A program made the translations under genes and the position numbers. A stretch of 64,000 bases of DNA from Candidatus Omnitrophota bacterium (lineage in GTDB: Bacteria; Omnitrophota; Gorgyraeia; Duberdicusellales; 4484-171), in assembly GCA_021735655.1 (NCBI GenBank), contig JAIPGM010000002.1, forward strand, positions 258,747-322,746. Direction: 5' to 3'. This document shows positions 36,447 to 45,370 of this stretch, piece after piece. The notes beneath the pieces were generated by a model that was given only the letters and a program-made list of their open reading frames with translations, did no database searches and had not been told where the DNA came from. Position 1 is the stretch's first letter; the number at the start of each line of letters is the position of its first letter.

Positions 36447-37630
36447 TTTATGCCTAGTTTACTTTTTATCTTTTCGGTTTTACTTTGTGAAAGGCGAACT
36501 AAATCCTCACCGTTATATATTTTTTTACCCTTAGTGTTACGTACCGCCACTCTCTCAGTACAACAATAACAAGGATCAATGGACGCTAAAATTATCGTTG
36601 CATCAGAAATCGTCTCGCCAACCACAGTTGCCTTATAGGTCGGTAAATTCATAAAAGTAGGTGCTCTTACTTTGTGACGAGCCGGTCGATTGGTCCCATC
36701 GCTTTTCACATAATGAAAACATTCACCCCGCGGCGCCTCAATATGACCGATACCTTCACCTGAAGGAATACTTTTAATCTTAGCATCAATTTCTGTATCC
36801 GGAAGGTTTAAAAGGCAATACTTAACCATATCTATCGATTCAAAAGTCTCTAAAATTCTTACTACCGCTTTATCGAAAACATCGCCATTTTTAGTCACAA
36901 TCATATTCCAGTTAAACTGATCATATGCCCCATAAGGAGAATTTTTACGTAGATCTCTGGCCACCCCCGAAGCCCGAGATACCGGACCGAGAGCACAAAA
37001 GTTAATTGCCTCATCCTTAGTGAGGATACCTATTCCTTTAGTCCTAGCATGTAACACCGGGTCATCGATTACTGCCTTTTTAAGCATTTCAAGAGTCGGG
37101 ATAATCGAATCTATCTTTTTTATCGCAAAAGGTATATCTTCTTTTTTTATGTCTCGCCGAACCCCTCCCGGCTTAAACATAGCATAGTTGTTGCGATTTC
37201 CCGAAAGTGCCTCCATAACATCAAGGATTTCCTCACGCAACTTCCAAGCCCACATATAAACAGTATTGTAACCTAAAAAATGTCCGGCAAGACCCAACCA
37301 TAAAAGATGTGAATGAATACGTTCTCCCTCAGCGATAATTGTTCGGATATATTTAGCCCTCATTGGCACTTCTAGAGGGATAACATCCTCAACTGCCCGA
37401 GTATAAGCATAAGGATGACTGGTTGAACAAATACCACAGATTCTCTCAATTACAAAAGTAGATTGGTCGAAGGTTTTTCGCTCAGAAAGCTTTTCAATGC
37501 CGCGATGGTTATAACCAATCTGAACATCGATATCAACAACTGTCTCCCCATCTACAGTTAAGCTGAAAAACTCAGGCTCTTCCTGTAAAGGGTGATATGG
37601 TCCGATTGGAACTATAGTTCGTTTTCCCAT
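36443..37630 (-). CDS. [NiFe]-hydrogenase large (catalytic) subunit, group 4 (Mbh/Ech type)
   Basis: N-terminal L1 motif ERICGICSTSH (RxCGxCxxxH) and C-terminal L2 motif DPCYCCTER (DPCxxCxxR), followed by a ~35-aa extension of the kind removed by HycI-type proteases; NuoD-like fold, 395 aa. Confidence 0.85.
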   Translation of the reverse strand: MGKRTIVPIGPYHPLQEEPEFFSLTVDGETVVDIDVQIGYNHRGIEKLSERKTFDQSTFVIERICGICSTSHPYAYTRAVEDVIPLEVPMRAKYIRTIIAEGERIHSHLLWLGLAGHFLGYNTVYMWAWKLREEILDVMEALSGNRNNYAMFKPGGVRRDIKKEDIPFAIKKIDSIIPTLEMLKKAVIDDPVLHARTKGIGILTKDEAINFCALGPVSRASGVARDLRKNSPYGAYDQFNWNMIVTKNGDVFDKAVVRILETFESIDMVKYCLLNLPDTEIDAKIKSIPSGEGIGHIEAPRGECFHYVKSDGTNRPARHKVRAPTFMNLPTYKATVVGETISDATIILASIDPCYCCTERVAVRNTKGKKIYNGEDLVRLSQSKTEKIKSKLGIK

Positions 37631-38103
37631 TATAATCCTCGATCTCTAATTGATGAGTCGTCCCACTCTTGATAATCGCGTCTCAAAGGATATACACCTT
37701 GTGGCCACTCATCGGGCAAAAGCAACCGCTTCAACTCTGGATGACCGCGAAAATTGACTCCTAACATTTCAGCTATCTCACGTTCAATCCAATTAGCACC
37801 TTCAAATATTGGGGCTAATGAATCTATTTCTAATTTGCTCTTATCCAACTTAACCCGGAAAGAAACTACTAAATTTATATCTTCAAAGGTAAAATGATAA
37901 AGAATTTCTATATGTTTAAATGTATCTACTCCCGAAGCAATATTGAATCTGGCCCCCAAATTTTTAAAAACATAGGTCGCAACCTTAACAATCGCCTGAG
38001 GTTTAATCTCAATATAGACCCGAGTTAAGGTCTTATCGAAAATATCTAAAATATCTTCGTCGAATCTTTTCTTTAAATCTTTAATAACTTCGCTTCTGGT
38101 CAT
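37630..38103 (-). CDS. NuoC/MbhK-like hydrogenase subunit
   Basis: 157 aa with NuoC-like (30 kDa subunit) core motif (FEGANWIEREIAEMLGVNFRGHP). Confidence 0.7.
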   Translation of the reverse strand: MTRSEVIKDLKKRFDEDILDIFDKTLTRVYIEIKPQAIVKVATYVFKNLGARFNIASGVDTFKHIEILYHFTFEDINLVVSFRVKLDKSKLEIDSLAPIFEGANWIEREIAEMLGVNFRGHPELKRLLLPDEWPQGVYPLRRDYQEWDDSSIRDRGL

Positions 38104-38540
38104 TTTGCTTGAGGGTTTCCAGCCCCACTTAATTTATCGATTAACTTAACAACCCCGGCAATAATCGCCTCTGGTTTCGGCGGGCACCCAGGTATATATA
38201 CGTCTACCGGAATAATTTTATCAACTGGCAAAGGACAGTTATAGCTATGAATAAACATACCTCGCGACAAAGAGCACTCACCAACAGCCACTACTACACA
38301 AGGCTTCGGCATCTGCTCATATACTTCTTTAATCCGAGGAATGCACTTTCGATTAGCAGAACCAGTTACTAAAAGCACGTCAGCATGTTTTATGCTTCCG
38401 GCTAAAAGCATGCCAAACCTTTCGATATCAAAGCGTGGGGTTAAACAATCCAATATTTCAATATCGCAATTATTGCAACTACCAGTTGAAAGATGAAAAA
38501 CCCATGGTGACTTGAGTAATGCTTTAAGTTTTATGCTCAT
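38100..38540 (-). CDS. [NiFe]-hydrogenase small subunit (NuoB/MbhJ-like, proximal [4Fe-4S])
   Basis: CNNC...GxCxxxG...PGCPP motifs (STGSCNNCDIE, VAVGECS, YIPGCPPKPE). Likely true start is the internal Met (MSIKLK...), avoiding overlap with the upstream gene. Confidence 0.8.
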   Translation of the reverse strand: MSIKLKALLKSPWVFHLSTGSCNNCDIEILDCLTPRFDIERFGMLLAGSIKHADVLLVTGSANRKCIPRIKEVYEQMPKPCVVVAVGECSLSRGMFIHSYNCPLPVDKIIPVDVYIPGCPPKPEAIIAGVVKLIDKLSGAGNPQAK

Positions 38541-39460
38541 AAACCCTTTAAGGCTAAAATAACTGCGATTATAGCAATAATCAACATTGGCCCCCAAAAA
38601 AATCTTATTGCCTGATCAATTCTAACTCTAGGATTAGTATTACGAATAACGGTGATCAAGGCAACCAAACCAACATACCTCAACACCCCGTATATAAGAT
38701 TTAAGCCGTTTAGTCTTAACCCACCAATAAAAGTAATCATTATAAAGAAAGGCAAGACAAAGAACAACATATTTTTCATAAGTTTGTATACCGCAAGCGG
38801 GGCTCCCGAATACTCAACTAACGGTCCACCAATAATTTCGGTCTCAGCTTCAGGAATATCAAAAGGCACTAAGGCTAGTTTTGCCTGTACACACATAATA
38901 ATTACAATAAAAGCCAAAAACCCCGACCAGCTTCCTAAGATTACGCCATTTTGAGCCTGATAAGTGATAATTTCACCTAAACGCAAGCTAAACCCGCTTT
39001 GAATAACCGGAACTAAAACCGCTAGAATAAATGGCAATTCATAACTTAAAACTAATTTCATTTCTCGTGATGCACCAATACTAGCTAAAGGATTGCCTGA
39101 AGCAAAGCCTCCGATAATTATGCTTATTGAAGGAATAGCCAATAAATAAACTACAACAACAATATCACCAACAAAGGTCCTCAGCGGATTAAAATTATTA
39201 AACCAAAGCACCGTAGACACAACAATAACACTCCCTAAACCAATAATCGGAGCGCTCAAAAAACTAAACTGAGAAGCGCCTTTAGGAACCAAAGTCTCTT
39301 TTCCAAGAAGCTTCACCAAATCAATAAGCGGCTGTAGGATTGGCGGCCCAACGCGATACTGAACTCGAGCGGTAACTTTACGGTCAACCCAGCTAGTTAA
39401 CAAACCAATAATGGCGGTTAACAAGAATCCGAAAATAAAAAGATAAACTAAATAAATCAT
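38537..39460 (-). CDS. NuoH/MbhM/HycD-like membrane subunit
   Basis: 307 aa, 8 TM, NuoH-like loops (…GGPLVEYSGAPLA…, EAETEIIGG). Confidence 0.75.
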   Translation of the reverse strand: MIYLVYLFIFGFLLTAIIGLLTSWVDRKVTARVQYRVGPPILQPLIDLVKLLGKETLVPKGASQFSFLSAPIIGLGSVIVVSTVLWFNNFNPLRTFVGDIVVVVYLLAIPSISIIIGGFASGNPLASIGASREMKLVLSYELPFILAVLVPVIQSGFSLRLGEIITYQAQNGVILGSWSGFLAFIVIIMCVQAKLALVPFDIPEAETEIIGGPLVEYSGAPLAVYKLMKNMLFFVLPFFIMITFIGGLRLNGLNLIYGVLRYVGLVALITVIRNTNPRVRIDQAIRFFWGPMLIIAIIAVILALKGL

Positions 39461-40023
39461 ACTTTTTCTCTATCCCAATGAGTAGAATGTACTATTAAAT
39501 TGTCACCAACTAAAAATGAATCTTTGGTTAATAAATCATCCGAATTTACTAATTTTAATGCTCCGTATGGGCATGATTTTATGCAAAGCGGTTCATTTTT
39601 TTTATCTCTTCGATCAAAACAAAAATCACAATTATGAATTAAATAAGGCACATGCTCAGGATAAATGGTTCCGTAAGGGCAAGCATGAGAACAAGTTTTG
39701 CAACTTACGCAACGCATATTATGCCTAATCAAAAGGTTGTCTTTTTCGGTTTGTTGTTCCAAAGCCTCAAATGGGCAAGCATTAACACAGTGAGGTTCTT
39801 GGCATCTACGACAAACCAAAGCATAAGTTGCCAATTCAGCTACTGAAACTATTCCATTATTTATCGGATCTTGAGTGTGGTAAAAATAGCTGCACTCTAA
39901 CTTACATTTTTTGCATTCTCCGGCCGCACAAATATCAAGATCAACAAAAAGCCGTTGACCACTATCAGATTTAGCTTCGGTATTTAATTTTCCTTGATGT
40001 AGTTGTTCGGCACTTGTATCCAT
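39457..40023 (-). CDS. Polyferredoxin (HycB/CooF-like, multiple [4Fe-4S] clusters)
   Basis: At least four Cys clusters of CxxCxxCxxxCP type (CRRCQEPHCVNACP, CVSCKTCSHACP, CDFCFD...CIKSCP). Confidence 0.65.
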   Translation of the reverse strand: MDTSAEQLHQGKLNTEAKSDSGQRLFVDLDICAAGECKKCKLECSYFYHTQDPINNGIVSVAELATYALVCRRCQEPHCVNACPFEALEQQTEKDNLLIRHNMRCVSCKTCSHACPYGTIYPEHVPYLIHNCDFCFDRRDKKNEPLCIKSCPYGALKLVNSDDLLTKDSFLVGDNLIVHSTHWDREKV

Positions 40024-40030
40024 AATAGCT

Positions 40031-40855
40031 CTAATCCCAAATATTAGGAAAATTCTTTATTTTGTCGTAAGTAAACACTGGTCCATCTTTGCAGGCATAA
40101 TAAGTCCCTAGCCGACAATGACCGCATTTACCAATTCCACAAGACATATTTTTTTCCATTGAAAGATAGATATTCTTCTCCTTAAAACCCAACTCAAGCA
40201 ATTTTTTAGTAGAAAACTTCATGGCGATTGGCGGCCCGCAAACAATAGCTATTGCCTCAGGGCAATTCATATCTAAATCATCCAAAATTGTAGTAACAAC
40301 ACCTACGTTACCTTTCCAATCAGGGCTAGCTTTATCAACAGTAAGTCTTAAATTTAAATCATCTCGCTTTGCCCAGCCGGCTATCTCAGTTTTATAGAGT
40401 AGCTCCTGTGAGGTTTTACAGCCACCCCGAAAAGACAGCTTCTTAAACTCCCCGCTTCGGGCAAAAAACTCATACATCAAACTACGCAAAGGAGCAAATC
40501 CACATCCACCACCGACGACAACGATTTCCTTACCTTTAAATTCATCAATCGGGTAACCAGTCCCAAAAGGGCCTCTCACTCCAATCAAATCGCCTTTTTT
40601 AAGCTGATGAACTTTATCGGTAACCTTGCCAACTTTCATTACCGTGACTTCCATTACATCTCTCACTGATGGCCTCGATGAAGGTGTAAATGGCGCCTCA
40701 CCCACGCCGGGAACAGTTAATTCGATAAATTGACCGGTCTCAAAACCCAAAGGCTCTTTAGGACGAAAACGTATGGTTTTAATCGTTGGCGTTTCGGTTA
40801 TTACATCAAGAACTTCGGCCTCAATCGATCTGTAAGGATTCTCGATTTTATGCAT
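40031..40855 (-). CDS. FAD/NAD(P)H-binding oxidoreductase, hydrogenase/sulfite-reductase gamma-subunit-like (PyrK/AsrB fold) with C-terminal [2Fe-2S] motif
   Basis: FNR-like domains (RFRPKEPLGFETGQFIEL; GPFGTGYP; VVVGGGCGFAPLRS) and C-terminal CGIGKCGHCRLG 2Fe-2S motif. Confidence 0.65.
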   Translation of the reverse strand: MHKIENPYRSIEAEVLDVITETPTIKTIRFRPKEPLGFETGQFIELTVPGVGEAPFTPSSRPSVRDVMEVTVMKVGKVTDKVHQLKKGDLIGVRGPFGTGYPIDEFKGKEIVVVGGGCGFAPLRSLMYEFFARSGEFKKLSFRGGCKTSQELLYKTEIAGWAKRDDLNLRLTVDKASPDWKGNVGVVTTILDDLDMNCPEAIAIVCGPPIAMKFSTKKLLELGFKEKNIYLSMEKNMSCGIGKCGHCRLGTYYACKDGPVFTYDKIKNFPNIWD

Positions 40856-41873
40856 TATCCACCAACTTCTTTAAGACTTTTCGAATATCAATTTTAGCCG
40901 GGCAAGCTGTTATACAACGGCCACAGCCGGTACAAGCATACTCAGCGGCCACCTTGGGAAAAAAATCAAATTTTTTCTCAAACCTATTACGCAATCTCAT
41001 CCAAAGCCTCTCTCGAGGATTGGCTCCGCCAGCAACCCGAGCAAAATCTTTTATCATACAAGAATCCCAAATGCGTAAACGCTCCATCTTGTCTTTATCT
41101 TTTTGATCATACAAAAGAAAACAATGGCAGGTTGGGCAAATTGCATTACAGGCTCCACATTCAACGCAAGTTTTTGCTTCGTCTTCCCAAATTTTAGACT
41201 CATAGTTTTTCTGAACCACATCTTTGAAGCTGCTTTGGTCAGGAACGGTATTTTTACTTAGGTTAGCGTTAGCTTCTCCAGTTATTTTTTCACGCTTCTT
41301 ATCTCTGGTAACAACTAGATCTTCTCGAGTTTGACGAAAAAGAAGAGTATATTGCTTCAGAATACTCTCACCTTTATCGGATCCGCTTTCAACAACAAAG
41401 CCATCATCAACCACAGAAAGATTTAGATCAAAATTATCTTTAGGATACGGTTTTAGACCTAAAGCCGCACAAAAGCAAGTATCAATTACGCAAGTGCAAT
41501 CAGCTGAAATAATAAGGCTATCCTGACGTAACTTTAAATAAAAAGGATCCTGATAATCGGGATTATCAAAAACATAGTCTTGAATTTTAAAACCTTTCAG
41601 ATCACAAGCCTTGACTCCGACAATAGCAAAAGGCTTACTCGGAGACTGCGGAAGATCCGGACTAAAACCAGAAGCTACCTTCTGACGAGCCTTCAAAAAA
41701 AATGATTTTACCGGCTCAAAAGCCCTTACCTCGCCAACAACGAATTCACTAGTCGAGCTATCGAACTTATCGTAAAACCGCTGCTGACCTTTTTTGACCG
41801 GAACAAATACCTGATAATCTTTATTTAGGTTTTCAAGAAATTTAGAAAAATTATCGGAAGAGATATAATACAT
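40848..41873 (-). CDS. Fe-S subunit, sulfhydrogenase-beta/AsrA-like (two ferredoxin-type [4Fe-4S] motifs)
   Basis: CVECGACNAICPTCHC and CTGCGRCITACP motifs; pairs with the downstream gamma-like subunit as in HydBG/AsrAB modules. Confidence 0.55.
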   Translation of the reverse strand: MYYISSDNFSKFLENLNKDYQVFVPVKKGQQRFYDKFDSSTSEFVVGEVRAFEPVKSFFLKARQKVASGFSPDLPQSPSKPFAIVGVKACDLKGFKIQDYVFDNPDYQDPFYLKLRQDSLIISADCTCVIDTCFCAALGLKPYPKDNFDLNLSVVDDGFVVESGSDKGESILKQYTLLFRQTREDLVVTRDKKREKITGEANANLSKNTVPDQSSFKDVVQKNYESKIWEDEAKTCVECGACNAICPTCHCFLLYDQKDKDKMERLRIWDSCMIKDFARVAGGANPRERLWMRLRNRFEKKFDFFPKVAAEYACTGCGRCITACPAKIDIRKVLKKLVDNA

Positions 41874-41919
41874 CAGAAGTCCTTGTTCTGTTTATGATTG
41901 ATACTTAAATTAACCATAC

Positions 41920-41940
41920 TTTGTGATTTTATTCACAAAG
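41920..41940. promoter_or_regulatory. Perfect TGTGA-N6-TCACA palindrome (Rex/CRP-type operator) upstream of the hydrogenase operon
   Basis: cTTTGTGAttttatTCACAAAg, an 8-bp perfect inverted repeat ~50 nt upstream of the first operon gene. It matches the Rex box consensus TTGTGAA-N4-TTCACAA, and Rex is encoded inside the operon. Confidence 0.5.
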
Positions 41941-42002
41941 TATTAAAGGCTAAATTAACATAAATGCTATAATCTGTCAAATATTTTTTATCTAATCGTT
42001 GA

Positions 42003-42296
42003 TTAGGTAGGTTTTTTAATATCTACATAATTCGTTAGGGTCGGGTTAAACTTAGCCAGAAAAAGCATTATCCCCCAAATTATAATCGTAGCTAAAGCAA
42101 TAACTACCCCCAACAGCAAATCTCTGCCTATATTTTCAGTAACCAGAAATAGTTCACGATTCCAAAGGTGATCGATAAAACCAAATAAGGCACCACCGTA
42201 AAACAATAGGGTTAACCACCAAATTTTTACATTTTTACTTTTATACCAAGCTAACGATGTTGCGGCAGCGCCCAGTAAAGATACAGCATAACACAT
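42003..42296 (-). CDS. Hypothetical small membrane protein
   Basis: 97 aa, 3 predicted TM helices. Confidence 0.35.
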   Translation of the reverse strand: MCYAVSLLGAAATSLAWYKSKNVKIWWLTLLFYGGALFGFIDHLWNRELFLVTENIGRDLLLGVVIALATIIIWGIMLFLAKFNPTLTNYVDIKKPT

Positions 42297-42391
42297 TTAA
42301 ACACCTCCGTAGTAAAATTAACCTTTTTATAATTAAACTAACGAAACTTTACCAGATTCGAGTCTCATCAAAAATAGTCACTTATCATACC

Positions 42392-43423
42392 CTAAGTTTT
42401 ATTTAAAATCAAGAGCGATTTTTCAACTACTTCTTGAGGGGTAATTTTTCCAAGGCAAATAAAATCTTCTTTACAATTATGAGCAAAACAAACCGAACAA
42501 CCAGAATCCTTATGAAGGTAAGTTGAATTTTCTCCTAAAGGTTTCCAGCGTTTTGGAGAAAGACCAGAATCCTTTCGACCAAAGATAGAAATTACTGGTG
42601 TATTAACGCTAGCGGCAATGTGTACTGGTCCAGAATCATTAGAAATAAAAAGACTTGCCCGTTGCAGAATGGCCCCAATTTCAGAAATATTAAGTCTTCC
42701 ACGAAAATCAATAACCTTATTTTGCTTAGTAATCTTTTGCGCAAAGCTGGCTTCTTTTTTCGAAGTTATAACTACCACCTTAATCTTTAGTTTATCCTGT
42801 AGAATTTTGATAACTTCTGAAAAATAATCTTGCGGCCAACGCTTAGAAGGACACGACGCTGAAGGATGAATTACAATAAACTCATCCTCTACTCCCAAAT
42901 CGGCTTCTTTAAGTAATTTATCTACCCTCTTTTTCGCCTCAACAGATACTGGAAAAAACAACTCCTTATCTTTTACCGGTATCTTTAAATAACGCAAAAT
43001 ATCTAAGGTGTATTCTAACTCATGCTTCTGGCCTTCTTGTTTAGTATGCGGTAACCTTTCACTAAGTGACCAATCCATATTTTTGGCCCAACCAATACGT
43101 CTAGGAATAGCAGCAAAAAAAGACACCAGATGCATTCGATTCGTCGGATGCAAAATTAAAGCTAAATCAAATTTCTTTTTTTTCAGCTCCCAAGCAAATT
43201 TTATCGTTCCCCAAATACTTTTATGCTTACCATATTTATCATAAACAATAATTTCATCCAGATAAGGATTTCCGATCAAAACTTCTTGCGTGTAGGGACG
43301 GCAGATAAAAGCAATGTGCGCCTTCGGATAGTAAAGACGTAAGTTTTTAATTACTGGAGTCGAAAGAATAACATCACCCAATCGATCGGTTCTTGCGATT
43401 AGTATCTTTTTGGGTATACCCAT
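42392..43423 (-). CDS. Glycosyltransferase family 9 (ADP-heptose:LPS heptosyltransferase)
   Basis: GT9 N-terminal RLGDVIL motif and C-terminal nucleotide-sugar-binding domain (SNDSGPVHIAAS). Confidence 0.75.
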   Translation of the reverse strand: MGIPKKILIARTDRLGDVILSTPVIKNLRLYYPKAHIAFICRPYTQEVLIGNPYLDEIIVYDKYGKHKSIWGTIKFAWELKKKKFDLALILHPTNRMHLVSFFAAIPRRIGWAKNMDWSLSERLPHTKQEGQKHELEYTLDILRYLKIPVKDKELFFPVSVEAKKRVDKLLKEADLGVEDEFIVIHPSASCPSKRWPQDYFSEVIKILQDKLKIKVVVITSKKEASFAQKITKQNKVIDFRGRLNISEIGAILQRASLFISNDSGPVHIAASVNTPVISIFGRKDSGLSPKRWKPLGENSTYLHKDSGCSVCFAHNCKEDFICLGKITPQEVVEKSLLILNKT

Positions 43424-43426
43424 TAG

Positions 43427-44356
43427 CTATTTTCCGATTGTTTTTTCTATTGCCTTAAGCACCTGCTCGGGCTCTATCTCCATCCGCTTGAGCAAAACTT
43501 GATAATTCTGTTTTCTCTGCGCTGACGAAGGCGCCATATATTTATTTTTTTGCAAAACCGAATATTTAGCAGACCAGGGTCCGTATCGAACTGGATCACT
43601 GTGCCCAAAAAGAGCAACTATCGGCAAGTCGAGATAACTAGCCAAATGCATAATGCTTGAATCAACACAAAGAAGCAAATCAACATAATTTTTGAGTAAG
43701 AAATAAACCTCGTTCATTTCAGTTTTGCCAACAAGATCAATCACCCCCGGAAAATATAAAATATCCTTATAAAAATCCCGGTCCTTAGCCACACCAAGAA
43801 TGGCCACTGAATGCTTAGCAATTAATTCGCTAACTACCACTTTTAAATATTCGTAAGGATATTGTTTGAGTTTTTCTCTGGAAGAACAAGCAATAAACAC
43901 GGATTTTTTTAACTTTAAACTCTCTAAATTTTTCTTTTTGGACTCCTCAAGGATAAGCTCACTTTTCAATCTCGCTTCTTTAGGGGCAACTTTAGCAATC
44001 AGACTTAAAACTTCATCTTTTGCATGCATTCCTTTAGGGAATTTGCGCACGAATGATGTGCTTTTTCGAACCCCTAAAGCAACCGGAAGAAAAGTGTTTT
44101 TTAAATCAATCATTAAATCATATTTTCCACGAAGATCTAAAACGAACTTCAATTTTTGACCCCAAGGCCAAAGTTTATTGTAAAGAATAACTTCGTCAAT
44201 AAAATTATTCTCAAGAAGAAAAGTTTTTGTTTTTAAAGACGCAATTGCGGTTATTTTTGAATCAGGGTAATTAGTCTTCAAGCGATCGAGTGCCGGCAAG
44301 CTGACAATCGTATCGCCAAGATTACTAAGAAAATTTATCAGTATACTTTTAACCAC
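43427..44356 (-). CDS. Glycosyltransferase family 9 (heptosyltransferase-like)
   Basis: NLGDTIVSLP N-motif; C-terminal CVDSSIMHLAS matches GT9 D-S-G-x-x-H region. Confidence 0.6.
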   Translation of the reverse strand: MVKSILINFLSNLGDTIVSLPALDRLKTNYPDSKITAIASLKTKTFLLENNFIDEVILYNKLWPWGQKLKFVLDLRGKYDLMIDLKNTFLPVALGVRKSTSFVRKFPKGMHAKDEVLSLIAKVAPKEARLKSELILEESKKKNLESLKLKKSVFIACSSREKLKQYPYEYLKVVVSELIAKHSVAILGVAKDRDFYKDILYFPGVIDLVGKTEMNEVYFLLKNYVDLLLCVDSSIMHLASYLDLPIVALFGHSDPVRYGPWSAKYSVLQKNKYMAPSSAQRKQNYQVLLKRMEIEPEQVLKAIEKTIGK

Positions 44357-45359
44357 AGGACAATTGTTTGGCCGCAGCAGCTGCGACCTCTTCTACGGTT
44401 ATATTGCTCATACATTTATTATTTAAACAATTAAGATCATAACAAGGAATTTTACAGTCAAAATCTTTTTGGATTATAATAACTTTTCTGCCACGGGGAG
44501 CTGTTAATTCCCTTGCTGTGGGTCCAAAAAGAGCTATCGTTGTAACACCCAAAGAAGCGGCTAAATGCGCCGGACCAGAGTCATTAGAAATAAAAAGTTC
44601 ACTATTTTTTATTAAAGCACCTAACTCCTTAAGGCTGGTTTTACCGCAAAAATCATAAGCCTTAAACTCCATATTTTTTATAACTTCATCGACAATCGAC
44701 CTCTGATCTTTGGCTCCGATAAAAATTATCGCTGCCCTATGCTTCTTGATTAAAAAATCCGCAAGCCTGGAAAAATTTTTGGCTGGCCAACGCTTCAGCT
44801 TCCAATTTGCCGAAGGATTAATCCCAACAATTAAGCTATGTTTTTGTTTTAAAACCTGCAAGGATACGTCTACCTGTTGCTGTGTTTTACGGTCAATAAA
44901 AAAAGTAGGTATTTTTTCGTTAATTACTATATCCTGACTCTCAAAAAGATTCAAATAGTAATCCTGTCGATGAAGAAAACCTTGAGGCACTGAAACCGTT
45001 TTAGTTAAGAAAAATAAATTTTTGAGTCGCTTGTAACCAATTCGCAAGCTAATACCAGACAACCAGCAAATAATGGCCTTAGTTGCTGAGCGATGTATAA
45101 GAAACGCCGTATCAAACTTTTTTTCTTTTAAAAACTTAATAAACCGTAACTTAGCGATCAATCCCTTCTGATTATTTTTCTCATCAAAAACAATAACTTC
45201 GTCAATAAATGGATTATCATCAAAAACGCCTCGCACTCGCTCAGGAACCATTACCCCTAAATAAGAAGAAGGAAATTGGTCCTTAATCGCCTTAAAAACC
45301 GGGGTAGTCATTAACGCGTCACCTAACCAATTAACCGTAACTATCAGTATTCTTTCCAT
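44349..45359 (-). CDS. Glycosyltransferase family 9 (ADP-heptose:LPS heptosyltransferase)
   Basis: WLGDALMTTPVFKAIK and SNDSGPAHLAASLG motifs. Confidence 0.75.
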   Translation of the reverse strand: MERILIVTVNWLGDALMTTPVFKAIKDQFPSSYLGVMVPERVRGVFDDNPFIDEVIVFDEKNNQKGLIAKLRFIKFLKEKKFDTAFLIHRSATKAIICWLSGISLRIGYKRLKNLFFLTKTVSVPQGFLHRQDYYLNLFESQDIVINEKIPTFFIDRKTQQQVDVSLQVLKQKHSLIVGINPSANWKLKRWPAKNFSRLADFLIKKHRAAIIFIGAKDQRSIVDEVIKNMEFKAYDFCGKTSLKELGALIKNSELFISNDSGPAHLAASLGVTTIALFGPTARELTAPRGRKVIIIQKDFDCKIPCYDLNCLNNKCMSNITVEEVAAAAAKQLSCG

Positions 45360-45370
45360 TATTGCAATAC

